Shown: piece by piece, positions 1 through 12,199 of the stretch
Numbering within the stretch: position 1 is the first letter of the stretch
Layout: each line of letters begins with the position of its first letter
Origin: Octopus bimaculoides
Taxonomy: Eukaryota
Assembly (NCBI RefSeq): GCF_001194135.2
Contig: NC_068990.1
Coordinates: 48,601,673 to 48,640,990, forward strand
Direction: 5' to 3'
Length of the DNA stretch: 39,318 nt
Position numbers and translations under genes: made by a program
Notes under the pieces: generated by a model
The model's database searches: none
The model's input: the letters and a program-made list of their open reading frames with translations, nothing else
Told to the model about the DNA's origin: nothing

Positions 1-52
1 ATATATATATATATATATATATATAAAGAGAGAGAGAGGAGAGAGAGAGAGC
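1..52. repeat. (AT)n followed by (AG)n microsatellite
   Basis: Direct reading of the sequence. Confidence 0.95.
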
Positions 53-1117
53 TTCTTCATTGGAATATGAACTTTTAGTTAATATTTCTCAAATGTTCAT
101 TCTATTAAACGAACATCAATTCTTTAGGGACTGGATACATTTTTGTAAAATTTTATCGAAGGTAAGAGAAATGTGTCAAGCTAATCAGCCTATATCAGAT
201 ATAACTTCAACGATACATAAGATGCACAAAAGATTTCATTTAATTACCATCTGAAACTTTTCAGTTGTCAGCAGCCCTTACAACAACTCTAATTCTCCTT
301 AATTCAACTGAATGCTTTCCACATTAGCTGTGTAACATTTCCTGTATCATAGTTTGACAGACAAAATGACAAGAATACAACACGTGTATTGATTGAGTAA
401 TTAGTCACGTTCTTTGGAGAAAATTAATCCTAAACTAAGAGAAGCAATAGTGGGATACTTAAACAAAAATTCTAATTGAATGTCATGTGCATATCTATAA
501 AGAATTACTGCAAAAAAAAAATTGTGGTTGTAAAACTATTCATAGAAAAAAGAACATGGGGAACTTTTAGCAATTGTTTGGTTGAATTCTATCTTCTTAG
601 ATGTCTTAAGAAATAAAATTAAAAACAGAATAGCACTAGGCAGCATATTGAATACAATTAACAAAAACACAATAGCTATCCAGAAGCTAAACAAAGGATA
701 AAAGAATGACAAGTAGCTTATTTCTTTTTTAATTCCTTTTTGTTTTGTTCCTTTTTAATTCTATTCTATCCTGCTTAAGATGGATGACATGGATCTTGCA
801 AATTTGGATATTGTCTGCCAACCTTCCTATTAATCACACAAATGTAAAATAAGAATAACAAGCTACTCTCATTTATATTTTCATGCTTTTATAGGTTAGT
901 CCAAAGGACAGGAAAGTAAATGCGCTCTGATTTTTCAAGCTCTCACAGCTTGGTAATATTGATGCAGTTGATATTCAACTTGAAGACATGTATTCCAAGG
1001 ACTGCAATAGAGACAGAAGTTGGTATGAAATTTCAGAGGGTTACAATTATGAGGAGGAGGGGTCAGAGATCCATAATGCAGTGAAATATAGAAGGGTAGG
1101 GATAAGTAAAAGACACA

Positions 1118-2598
1118 ATGGGAGTGATGAGAGGAACTATAGGAACCGACAATGCTAGAATAATGATAGGAGTCAACAATGGTGTTTTCCAGAAATTAAA
1201 AGAAGTTCCATCATCACTTCTATTTAGATGTTTATGTCATTCTTTACAGTTGGCAATATCTCACACTTGTACTGAATGCTTGCTCATAAATTTAGAATTT
1301 TTAGTATCCGAAACTTATAAATGATCCCCTTATTCTTCAACAAGACAAAGTGCCTACAAACAACTTTACCTTGCTATCAATGATAAAGAGCCTTTGAAGA
1401 TCGATAATTCTTGTACAACTAGGTGGCTGTCAATAGAACCAGCAGTAAATAGAATTTTAAGCCAATGGTTTGAATTGCAAACTCACTTCCAAACTACAAA
1501 AGAAAAATGCTTTACAGCACAAACGTTACATGAAATTATTTGTGATTCTAGGAATGAACTTTACCTTTTATTTTTGCATCCAATTTTAAAACATGTTCAG
1601 GAAGTGAATAAACTGTTTGAATCAAATACAAAGCAAAATTACTTGAAGATCTTTTTTGAAAATTTGATCAAATCTGTTGCTAATATGATAGTGTTGCCAA
1701 CATGTAGAATTGATCCTCTTGATCCAGATGCTTCTATTGAAAAATTTCTGGATCCTAAACCAAATTTAGGCTACAGGTTCGAGAGCAAGATAGCAGAAAT
1801 GATTATCAAGAAGACTGTAACAGCCACCGAAGAAAATAATATTCGCAAAAGAACATAACAATTTTTACTCTGCCTTTATACAGAGCTCAAGCACCGTTTG
1901 CAAGGAAATATTGATATACTGAGGAATATCAAATGTTTTTCAGTAGAGAATATTTTGCAACATTTGAAAGAGTCAATTTTACCTGTCTTAGAAGCAATGC
2001 ATTTAAATGAAAAAAAATTGCTTCAATTAAAATTCAGATTAATAGCATTCATTTAGTTAAATGGACAAATACATGTTATACTGAGGTATTCTGGATGAAG
2101 TCTTGGAATATAAAGATGCTACTGGAGGAAATCCTTTTAGAGATGTTGCAAATTTTGCCATTAATCTATTGACATTGCCAAACTCAAATGCAGAAGTTGA
2201 ATGCTTGTTTAATAGTATGGGTGTAATCAAATCAAAATTGAAAAACAAAATGCATCTTCTTATGCTTAGATCAATACTGTCTATAAAATATGGCCTCAAA
2301 AGATATGGCAAATGTTGCAAAAACGTTGATATTCCAAAACATATAATTAACAAAATTGGGACCTTGAATGTATTCAGAAGTCAAGACCTAGGCACTGCAG
2401 CTGAAAGTGATCAAATCAGTGAAATTCAAGAAATTATTTCTCAATGCTGAATGTAATTAAAGAATGTAAATAAAAACTAAGCTTTTTGATATAATTAGTC
2501 TTTAGCATTTTTTGTCATATTTAGCATTTTGTTGTTTTTTTTTGGTATTTTTCTATTGAAATTTAGCATAAAATTCTGATTTTAAGTTGGCAACACTG
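1118..2598 (+). mobile_element. Degenerate hAT-superfamily DNA transposon (transposase pseudogene plus right end)
   Basis: ORF fragments carry hAT motifs: GTDNA..M.G..NGV and RCLCHSLQLA (CxxH) in 1118-1324, TRWLS in 1394-1858, and LPNSNAEVECLFNSM (hATC dimerisation domain) in 2103-2450. Stops and frameshifts lie between them. A TIR-like end, AAGTTGGCAACACTG, is at 2584-2598, preceded by TTTAGCAT subterminal repeats. Confidence 0.9.
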
Positions 2599-3399
2599 AA
2601 GCATACAACTAACTAGTTCAGAAAAGTAGAAGCTACTGTAAAGTTAGAGACGGTAAAGAGCAAGCCTGTGAGCTAGAGGTTGTATCATTGCCAATCAATT
2701 AAATGGTAGCTTTTTGGTTACAGTCTAAGAGAAGTGTGAGTGTAGCAGCAGTGCTGTGGAAGCAGTACTTCAGTGTAAATTACACTTGAGTTTTACAAAG
2801 TCAGCAGCCGTTTAGAGGTAAAGTACTCTAAAGAGGAAATCAAGTTTTCATTATGTAGTTTTAGCAATAATAGGCCAAAGACTGAGAACTGAAACATTTG
2901 TAATGACTTTGAGGGTTTTACTTTTGTGTAGTTCATATGGAGATGATGTAATCTACTAGACTTTTCTCTAGTAATTATGTCTTCATGCTGATAAAAGAAA
3001 CAAAGTTGTAATGCACCCATTTAAGGATGTTACCAATGTCTTCATTCAGGGAGATAGAGCAGGTCTGACAAGACATGTTTAGGTTGTGAGATGAGTGAAT
3101 GATCCCTGTGTATGAAAGAGGAATTGTAACATTACCTGTCCAGAAAGGTGTGTCATTAGAATTAATACCAACTACAGGACATAACTTTAACTATACATAC
3201 ACTAGAGTTGAGAAAGTTACAAGCCTACTCACATACACAATGGCTAGAGGTGGACTTGAACTAAGCACTATGTACTAAATATGCTTGTACCTTAACCTCA
3301 AATCATTTTGCTTCTGAATGTGCCATAGAATAGAAGTCTTATTTAAAGTTCATTAAAACATGATAGAGTAACTTATTAAAGTTCATCAAAAAAATAAAG

Positions 3400-3853
3400 T
3401 TCATTAAGTCAATTACAGCAGATGTATACATCAACCAATGGGATGAAATGATGAATGAACTTGCAACTAAACAACCAAGATTGGTCAATAGAGAGAGGCC
3501 AATTCTCTTACAAGACAATGCTCAATCACATGTTGCACAAAGAATGCTACTCAGGTTACAGGAACTGAACTTGGAAGTACTCTGTCATCCACTATATTCA
3601 CAAGACCTTCCACCAACTAACTATCATGTTTTTATGGCATTAGACACCTTTTGCAAGAAAAAAACTTCAAGCGTGAAGAAGATGCAAAAACAGTCTTTCA
3701 TGATATCATCACCTCTTGCTCTCCAGATTTCTTCGAATAAAATGACAAAATTTTGTTGATAATTTAGGTGCATACTGCACTGCATTTTGTTGATGTAAAG
3801 TAAAATAAACTTTCAGTTTCAAAATCGATCGTTTCATTCTTAATGAACTAATA
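3400..3853 (+). mobile_element. 5'-truncated mariner transposase relic with right end
   Basis: ORF 3448-3759 has LLQDNAQSHV and HPLYSQDLPPTNYHVF, matching the mariner HDNARPH and HPPYSPDLAPSDYHLF motifs. It ends in CTTAATGAACTAA followed by TA at about 3852. Confidence 0.85.
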
Positions 3854-4199
3854 TATATACATATTTTTTTTTTTTTTTTACTTGTTTCAATCATGACTGT
3901 AGTAAGAATTGCTGGATTGCATAAAAATTAATTCAAATGCTTATGTATTATGAGAAAATTATAACGGACAAAATAATTAAGTAAGTAGAATCTACAACTA
4001 TCGAAATAAAATTCTATATATCTCGAATAATATCAATCCAAACTCATGTATGTCTAAGACAATCTTTCACTATTTTAATAACATACAATAATAATTATAT
4101 GTATATAATTAAGTATCAGGGTCTTAGTTAATCTATAAACTGCAATAAAATGTGTAAAAAGATATAAATGATAATTATATTTTTAATATATAATAACTC

Positions 4200-4670
4200 T
4201 TCTATTTATTTAAAGTTATTGATATTAGAAAGCTGGGAAAGACTTCCGCCTGTCCCCGCCCATTTTCTCTCAAATTTGTTTATTTTAAAAAATTTTTTGC
4301 CAAAAACCCCTTTTTTCAGATACGGAGGTTACAGAAAATTGCCATAAATCGGTATCGTGAAATACACCCTACTTTCCCCACCAAATTCTTAAATTTTGAC
4401 TTTTTTCCCCAACACTAACCCTAAAACCCTAACCTTAACCCCAACTGTAACTACAAAAATGTTTTGAAATTTTTGTCAGAATCGTAATGTCCGTATTTTC
4501 CGCATATTTAGGGGAAAAAATTCTTTAAAAAAAATTTTAGAAAAATTTTGGGAAATTTTTGCAGAAACATAATTTCCATATTTTTCTGCATATTTTGAAA
4601 AAAAAAATTCTGTAAAAAGTTTAAAAAATGAAAGAAATGAGATTAGTGGGTAATGGTCATCAATGCTTTG
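4200..4670. repeat. Unclassified interspersed repeat with a telomere-like core
   Basis: Local CpG-containing segment that contains CTAACCCTAAAACCCTAACCTTAACCCC at 4415-4442. Boundaries are approximate. Confidence 0.4.
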
Positions 4671-5499
4671 AAACTGACCTATTTTCCATTACATTTCAGA
4701 CAGATTCAGTGCTGAGTTGGTGAAGCAGAAATATCATTATAACAAATATTTTGCTCAATACCACAAACTTGCTTATCCTTAGCCACTTGAACTTGTCACT
4801 TAGTGGCTGACAATATGTGCATCTCTGATCATGAGCAGGAGTAGTGGGGGAACATCATAGCCATGAGTTGAGAGAGATTCTTTGGGGTTTGAATAAATGT
4901 AACATAAGCAAAATTTGAAGGAAATATTTACCATTTTTCATACTTTCTAGGAGTAAGCAAATAGGAAATAACAGTTGCTACCAAGGACAGAAATCATGTT
5001 GCACAATGTAATCAAAGGAACAAAGATTTTTCAAGAAAGAAGTTGCAGAGAGGAGCAATACTGATGCACTTTAAGTTGATAAGAAAGCAAATCTTAAGTA
5101 AGCTATGGATAATCAGTCAGAAAAAAAGAACATGGTTCATGTTAGATTATTGAATCTGGACAGCACTGAGCCTTGCTAATGGAATATCAATAACTAATCA
5201 GAAAACCAGCTATATTCTACTTATTTGCAAGAAGCTGTTTTCTAGAAAAGAATGTGTACCACTCTCATACTGAATTTTCCAAAATGTTCAATTAATTGAG
5301 CTTACTGGAATTATCTCTCTTCCTAGCTTTTTTTTATGAATAATCTCAGTTAATCAAAGTTCTTTTTAACTCATAATACATATGTGGGACCTTACCATAA
5401 TCATATGAAAGTATCTAGTTATATTTGAATCTTATGATTCTCAACAACAGTTAAGTCAATTATTTTATGTGATGTATATAAGGTAGATCTTTTATCATT

Positions 5500-5886
5500 T
5501 CTCTTTTATTTATTTCAGTCATTGGACTTTGCTGAGGCACCACCTTGAAGGGTTTAGTCAAACAGATTGACCCCTAGTACTTACTTTTCAAGCCTAGTAC
5601 TTATTCTACCAGTCTCTTTTGTAAAAAAAAAAAACCATGACCAGTTGTCAAACAGCGGTGTGGAACAAACACAACACAAAGACACAGGCACGCACGCATG
5701 CACGCGCACACACACACACACACACATGCAGAGGCTTCTTTCAGTTTATCATCTACGAGGTCCACTCACAAGCTTTGGTCAGCCCAGGGTTATAATAGAA
5801 GCCACTTGCCCTTAGTACCACTGAGTGAAACTGAATCCAAAACCCACATGGTCTGAAACAAATTTACTACCACACAGCCACACCCA
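5500..5886 (-). mobile_element. tRNA-derived SINE (major family in this window)
   Basis: The reverse complement aligns by eye to the copies at 9162-9470 and 17628-18084: head GTGGCTGTGTGGT, central AACTGAAAGAAGCC, internal (TG)n, and AAGTACTAGGCTT / TGACTGAAA tail. Confidence 0.85.
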
Positions 5887-6226
5887 AACACTTTTTATCA
5901 TAACTATTTTTTCAATAACTACAAAAAAAATTTTTTAACCGTGCTTAACAATTCAGGTACGTTTGAAAAGAACTCTCAAACTTTTTGTTTATGATATGTC
6001 ATAAACCTTTGCAGAAAGCAAGTATATTCACATAAAACTGGACAAACTAGGCTGTTGAATTACTTTGCTAAGTTACATAAATGTAACTAAATTTGAATAA
6101 CAAGAACAAAATATTTGCTGTGTTCAAGCCTCAACATAACCTGATAGTGAATATGTCAGAGGTGAAGAAAGAGACAGTGAGAGAGGATGTGTTCATTATT
6201 CTCCTTTACACTCGCTCTCTCTCTCA

Positions 6227-6233
<7 letters not shown>

Positions 6234-6280
<47 letters not shown>
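6234..6280. repeat. (CA)n microsatellite
   Basis: Direct reading. Confidence 0.95.
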
Positions 6281-6283
<3 letters not shown>

Positions 6284-7003
6284 GCGCATGCATGCATTCA
6301 CAAGTATATTTCCCAAAGAGATATTCTTAAAACTTAAATTTTAAAAAAGGTAGTATCTACAAGTTTGATGGATTGTAATGAATTAAAAACTGGAACAAAA
6401 AAAATTTTAAAAGACAAAAACAATATTGTAGAAAGAAATACCTTTAGTATTTCTAGTTAAAGAATGTTGTTTGTGTCACTAAAAAGAAAGACCAAAATAA
6501 AATTGAGGTCAGGCAAGTAATGTTATTTGATAGACTAATCCACCTTTGGTTTCTCGGTTAAGTCTGTCACATCCAAGTATGACAAGCAACATTTCTATCA
6601 TATAACTCACATTTTCACAAAAGCATATCAGAAAAAGGAAATTATTTTGTTACTTAATATCTCTTGTCTATAATTTTATTTTTATGAGCTAAGTATTCAA
6701 ACTTTATTGCTCTTCTAGCTAGCCACTAAAAAACTGTTATTAAACACACAAAAAAAATATATTTTAGCCAAAGGGTTCTATATCCTTGACTCAAATGCAT
6801 AAAATTAAAGCAAAAATAATTGAGGGCACCATACTATACAGAGTTTTTATGTGGTTGTTCAGCCAGCTACAAAATAGCAGCCAAATCTCTTTCAAAAATA
6901 CATCCTATTTTCTTAATATTTACACATTAGACAGTGTAAACACAGATACACTTAAAAAAACATGATGGTCAAGCTTGGCATGCCTTTGATCACAGATCTA
7001 CAG

Positions 7004-7005
<2 letters not shown>

Positions 7006-7054
<49 letters not shown>

Positions 7055-7242
7055 TATAATGACATCGAAAAATACCTTAGGAATGAGAACCCAGGTTTGA
7101 AATTTCCCCAAGACACCTGAAGAAGGCTGGAGGGTATATCAGCCGAAACGCTGTGTTAACAACAAACAAGATGAGGACAAATATCCATTGAATGTAAATA
7201 ATGTAAATAACGTACATAATTCCTCATCTCTTGAATATAGAA
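7006..7242 (+). mobile_element. Solo 5'-truncated copy of the PLE pLTR/SINE-like unit, starting at its (AAT)n tract
   Basis: Highly similar to 20978-21143 (+) and to the reverse complement of 19419-19617. Confidence 0.9.
7112..7157 (+). ncRNA. Minimal type I hammerhead ribozyme motif (PLE type), probably mutated at the cleavage triplet
   Basis: GACAC-CTGAAGA-A-GGCTG(gagggtatat)CAGCC-GAAA-CGCT-GTGTT. It shows the CUGANGA core, a 5-bp stem II, GAAA, and stem I GACAC/GTGTT. Confidence 0.7.
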
Positions 7243-7389
7243 GGGATTAACTAGTTCTAAATAACTAATGTAGAGTTGCATTGATATGAAGCTGCTAATT
7301 TTCAGCATTTGAACTTTAATATCAGGCAGTGAGCTAAATGAACATAAAGTTGATATCTTTCTACTAGGACTTCATTCTTTTTACATTTC

Positions 7390-7816
7390 TATTCTTTTAC
7401 TTGATTTAGTCATAAGATTGCAACTATGCAGCACCCCACCCTGAAAGGTTTTAGTCAATCACATTGATCACAGTACATTTTTCTAAGTCTGGTATTTATC
7501 TCATTGATAAGTCGAGCTGCTGAGTTACAGGGCATAATTACATGCCAATATTTTTTTTACCCAAGCAGTGTCAACAAAATCAGACATGTAAACAGAAACA
7601 TAAATATACATGTAGGCAAGCACACAAACACACACACACACACACACTCAATAGGCTTCTGCACAGTTTCTGTCTTTCAATTTCATTCACAAGGAATTGG
7701 TTAGCTCAAAGCTATATAGCAGAGGACACTTACCCAAGATGCCATGCAGTGGGACTATATTTAAAACTCTGTGGTTACAAAACAAACTTCTTTACCACAC
7801 AACAATGTCTGCACCT
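7390..7816 (-). mobile_element. tRNA-derived SINE, diverged copy
   Basis: Same family as 5500-5886 and 9162-9470, with an internal (CA)n. Confidence 0.8.
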
Positions 7817-7869
7817 ATGATCAAGATACTTTAACACTTACTACCTCTATCTACCTAGTTAGAAAAGGT

Positions 7870-8720
7870 TACACAATGCAGATATAGCTTTCCATAGAAG
7901 ACAACAGGAACACAAAATTATTAACAAGTATTACATTAACTTACAGTCATAAATCCAAGTCCTTCAATGGCCTGATGTTGGCATTAAGAAAACACCTCAA
8001 TATACCCATCTGCTTTCTCTAAAAGATCTTAAAACCATTAAGATCACAGAAAATTCAATTTCAATAACTAAACAGCAATAATTTTAGAATCTGAATCATT
8101 GACAAAACTGTTTCCCAATTCTTCTTTTCTTTAATTTTGCTTTTTAAACATATGACTTACTGAGTACTTGTGTTTAGCACACCCAGCAAGGTTATAAACC
8201 TAGACACCTTATGATTTGCAATTAACAGAGATTGCAGGGTTGAGGAGGGATTAAAAGGACCAAAGTGCTATAGATCCCACCCCAAACTTTCTATAAATTC
8301 TAATAGTCACGTACAGTAGAGAAATATTTTGTAAGGTGACTAGACTTAGGACACTGCATGGATTAGAGAATGATATATGGGCAATAGTGACTGACATCTA
8401 CATGGAAGAAAATATTCAGTGATTAGCAATGTTTAAATATGCTATAGAAGTCATCCATGCTGGTCTATGGTGGAGTTAGATGATGGAAGTGAAATATGCT
8501 GTTTCCTCTCTCTACCTTTTCTACTGTTATTATAATGAAAACTGATCTTCAAAGGTGGCTGAGCTTATGCCATCTCCTTTCATGCATTCCCACCTCACTC
8601 ATCTGTCCTTCTATCATCACTCTTCTTGAGTCCAACAACTACTACCTCTAAGAGCCCCACACTAATCATTATTGCCCAGTACATTGACAATCTGGAATTC
8701 CTTCTATGCTCACATCTTTC
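7870..8720 (+). mobile_element. Possible highly decayed LINE RT C-terminal relic
   Basis: Only scattered resemblance, such as a YYNEN.SS.VAELMPSP-like stretch near 8530-8580. There is no intact ORF. Confidence 0.25.
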
Positions 8721-9161
8721 CTATAAATATCTACTTATTAAGAAAGAACATTAATAACATCAATCTCACTGGTCTAGGAAGGCTTATAAAAATCATAAGC
8801 ACTGCTCCTTTCTTCCAGACTCTGCTAAGGGAAAACAGAAAAAACATTCACAAAAAGTAAGTAGATAATTGATAAACTCATGTCACTGCATGTTGTTAGC
8901 CTACCCTCACATATCAAATATTTTATTTCTTATACCTTCACAACACATTCTCTATAGATGTAAGGTCTCCTTGTACACAGTCATTCCACAAGATAATAAG
9001 CTCTCTTAACCTCTACTCTTCTCTTGCACACTTAACTGCCATCTCCCTTCCTAACTGATCTCAAGTCTTATACTCAAACTGTTTCTTAACAACAAACTAT
9101 AGGTAATCAATCACCAGTATAATCACCATATAAGCAGGTATGTGATAATGTGTTTATATAG

Positions 9162-9470
9162 TCTTTACTTGTTTCAGTCATTTTAGTCGAGCAAATCGAC
9201 CCCAAGACTTATTCTTTGTAAGCCTAGTACTTATTCTATTGGTCTCTTTTGCTGAACCACTAAGTTACGGGGATGTAAACACACCAGCATCGGTGGAAAA
9301 TATATATATATATACATATTTTCAGTTTCCGTCTACCAAATCCACTCACAAAGCTTTGGTCAGCCTGAGGCTATAGTTGAAGACACTTGCCCAAGGTGCC
9401 ACGCAGTGGGACTGAACTCGGAACCATGTGGTTGGTAAGCAAGCTACTTACCACACAGCCACTCCTGAAC
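9162..9470 (-). mobile_element. tRNA-derived SINE, well-conserved copy with a shortened centre
   Basis: The reverse complement reads CAGGAGTGGCTGTGTGGTAAGTAGCTTGCTTACCAACCACATGGTTCCGAGTTCAGTCCCACTGCGTGGCAC and closely matches 17628-18084. Confidence 0.9.
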
Positions 9471-9489
9471 CTATATGTTTATATATATA

Positions 9490-9772
9490 NNNNNNNNNNN
9501 NNNNNNNNNNNNNNNNNNNNNNNNNNNNNNNNNNNNNNNNNNNNNNNNNNNNNNNNNNNNNNNNNNNNNNNNNNNNNNNNNNNNNNNNNNNNNNNNNNNN
9601 NNNNNNNNNNNNNNNNNNNNNNNNNNNNNNNNNNNNNNNNNNNNNNNNNNNNNNNNNNNNNNNNNNNNNNNNNNNNNNNNNNNNNNNNNNNNNNNNNNNN
9701 NNNNNNNNNNNNNNNNNNNNNNNNNNNNNNNNNNNNNNNNNNNNNNNNNNNNNNNNNNNNNNNNNNNNNNNN
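9490..9772. other. Assembly gap (N run)
   Basis: Ns. Confidence 1.
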
Positions 9773-11020
9773 CAGGATAGTAACATATAACTTTCAGTCA
9801 GGTGGTTCATGGGCAAGGGATGGGAATGATGTGACAGAAACAGAGATTTTGTGCAAGCAGAGCAAAACGTATATGCCAGTTATAAATTGAAATATGTCAA
9901 GGGGATTAATAATCTCATTGCGAGGTGGACTTAATGTACGCATGCACTCAAACATACACACACAAATATACATGCATTAATTGTGTGTGTGTGATTTATG
10001 TAGATTCATTTTTGTTTCTATTCTTTCTTTGAAAATATTTGTGCAAAAAACAATTATATTTCCTAAACTATGAGTCATCACAAATAACAAATTTTTCATT
10101 TATACATAGATGGGATTTATAAATCAACACTACTCTAAGTTCTGTTTAGAACTTGTCAGCCAAGAAATCATAGCAGAGAAGAGAAACCAGGAAAGGAAAC
10201 AATATCAATATGCAAGTTTAAGAAAAAAAAACAATGCTAAAGCTTATATTTTCATAGCCTTGAAATAAAATAAAAAATTAACACATTCAATATACCATTC
10301 CAGCTAATTATTACAGGGCTTACTTTTTTCTGTCACAGAACATCACTAGTTTTCTCAGATATTGCTATTATACAAAGCAGGAAATTAGATTAAAAAAATT
10401 AATTATTAATTTTTATTTCTAATGGCAACTGGTATTTATATTAGTTTATCACTTAACCCTTTCAAATCTGAATTATTTTTTATATGAAAAAAACATGTTT
10501 TCATGATCTGAAGAAGCTTATGATCTGAATTGATAATAACAGCATAATACAATCACATACAAAAATGTACACTGAAGTTAGAATTTTGTAAAATGATCAT
10601 TTCAAGAATAACTTTTATAGCTTTTTACATGACATATACTACAAATATATGTAGTTTGGAATATATTCCAAACTACAAGTGATAAGGAATATGACTTCTT
10701 GCAAATCTTAATTACAGATGGTTCTGCTAATATGTTTTCAACATTCAGTTATTGTTCTGATCATGAACTTAGTGGAGGGGAAATTTGAGACTTGTGTGCT
10801 TTTGCCACAGGTATAGAAAACTGTATTATTACCCAGCTGTCAGATCTATACTCACAACATCAGATGCTTGGATGTGCATATGCAATATAGTTCTGAACTA
10901 TATTTTTAATTTTTAATTTGTCAGGATAATAAAATCATGTAAAATGTCATCAAACATCAACTGAAAAAATGCCTTACTTTATTTCAAAAACTGTTTTGTA
11001 AGATTATTCAATAAATTCAG

Positions 11021-11308
11021 CTATGTCTAACAAAACCAAACAATTCTAAATTTTTGCAATTGATAAATTTCACTGATTCTGGTTCATCAGCTGCTAAAAC
11101 AAACCATACTATACAATTGTAAATATAACCAGAGACTACTGGTAAAATAATTTCTGTTACAGTGATAGCAGATTCAACACAATTAGTCAATGAATCTACC
11201 CCCAAGGTTCACTCAGTGCTCAGGAGTCTTGGATTAGCTACAAAGGAGACAAAGGAAGTTGCCAGAAAATTGTCGGAAGCCACTGAGAAAGCAAGTCAAT
11301 ACATCTAG
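11021..11308 (+). other. Coding-like frame of unknown origin (decayed coding sequence or candidate exon 11163-11308)
   Basis: One frame runs from an AG at 11019-11020 to TAG at 11306-11308, with two TAA codons at 11120 and 11126. The peptide ADSTQLVNESTPKVHSVLRSLGLATKETKEVARKLSEATEKASQYI looks helical. I recognise no homologue. Confidence 0.25.
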
Positions 11309-12199
11309 CTTAAGAGACAGGATGAGTGGTGCAGCAAGAACAAGCATTGAGGACAGTAGAAACATATGGCCCAGAATCATATCTGATTGAACAAAGCTCA
11401 TGTTGTTGTGTGGGAGTTATGTTACCTACAGTAGTGGGTGGCCCTAAGGCAGCTCTGGTGTCACAGTGGAAGAGGCTGATATACCTACAAGGCTGCTTCA
11501 CCACCTAATTGATGAGAAATCAACTCTTACATTCAGAGACAGAGTACTGCAGCACCCTCAGAACACAAGTGTTTATTCTAAATCTCACCAAAATCAACAG
11601 ATGTATTATAATTAACCCAAGTAGACGTTTGGCAACCAGAAACATTCTTTTCAATCTACTTGGTTTGGAGTTCATTCATTATGATGAAACCTGCAATCAT
11701 GCATATTATTTATATGTAAACTATAAGGAAAATTCAAAACTGCAGCAAATTAAAAGTAAAAAAAAATGTTTTTAACAGAAGGATTCTTAAGTGGAAAAGT
11801 GTTCAGCAGCATTTTAAGGAACATTTACTCACTAAATACAACTTCACAGATATTGAACTAAAAGTGTCATTTGATAAAAAAATAAAAATGTAAGAAAATT
11901 ATGAGATGAAATCACAAGGAAACAAATTGTAATCATACATGTTCACTCATCATTTTTTTTCATTTTACATCAGTTATTCCATGCTAGCATGAGTTAAACG
12001 AATATGTTACTGAAGCATTGTTTTACAGCTGGATCCACAAACTAAGCAGGCACTGTATTAACAGGAGAAATGGTAACAGAATACCATGTGAATGTTGTGA
12101 CCTGAATAAGCAAGCAGCTAATGTACACAGACACACATGCATATACACACACATACATACATTCACATGTATACATACAGGTGTTTGTGTGTATGTGTG

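Noticed and set aside
241-335. Minus-strand segment between AG and GTAAT splice-like sites
   Set aside because: All three frames are closed.
9387-9890. Long ORFs spanning N runs (also 22722-23393 and 33146-33977)
   Set aside because: Their length comes from Ns read as X; they are not real coding regions.
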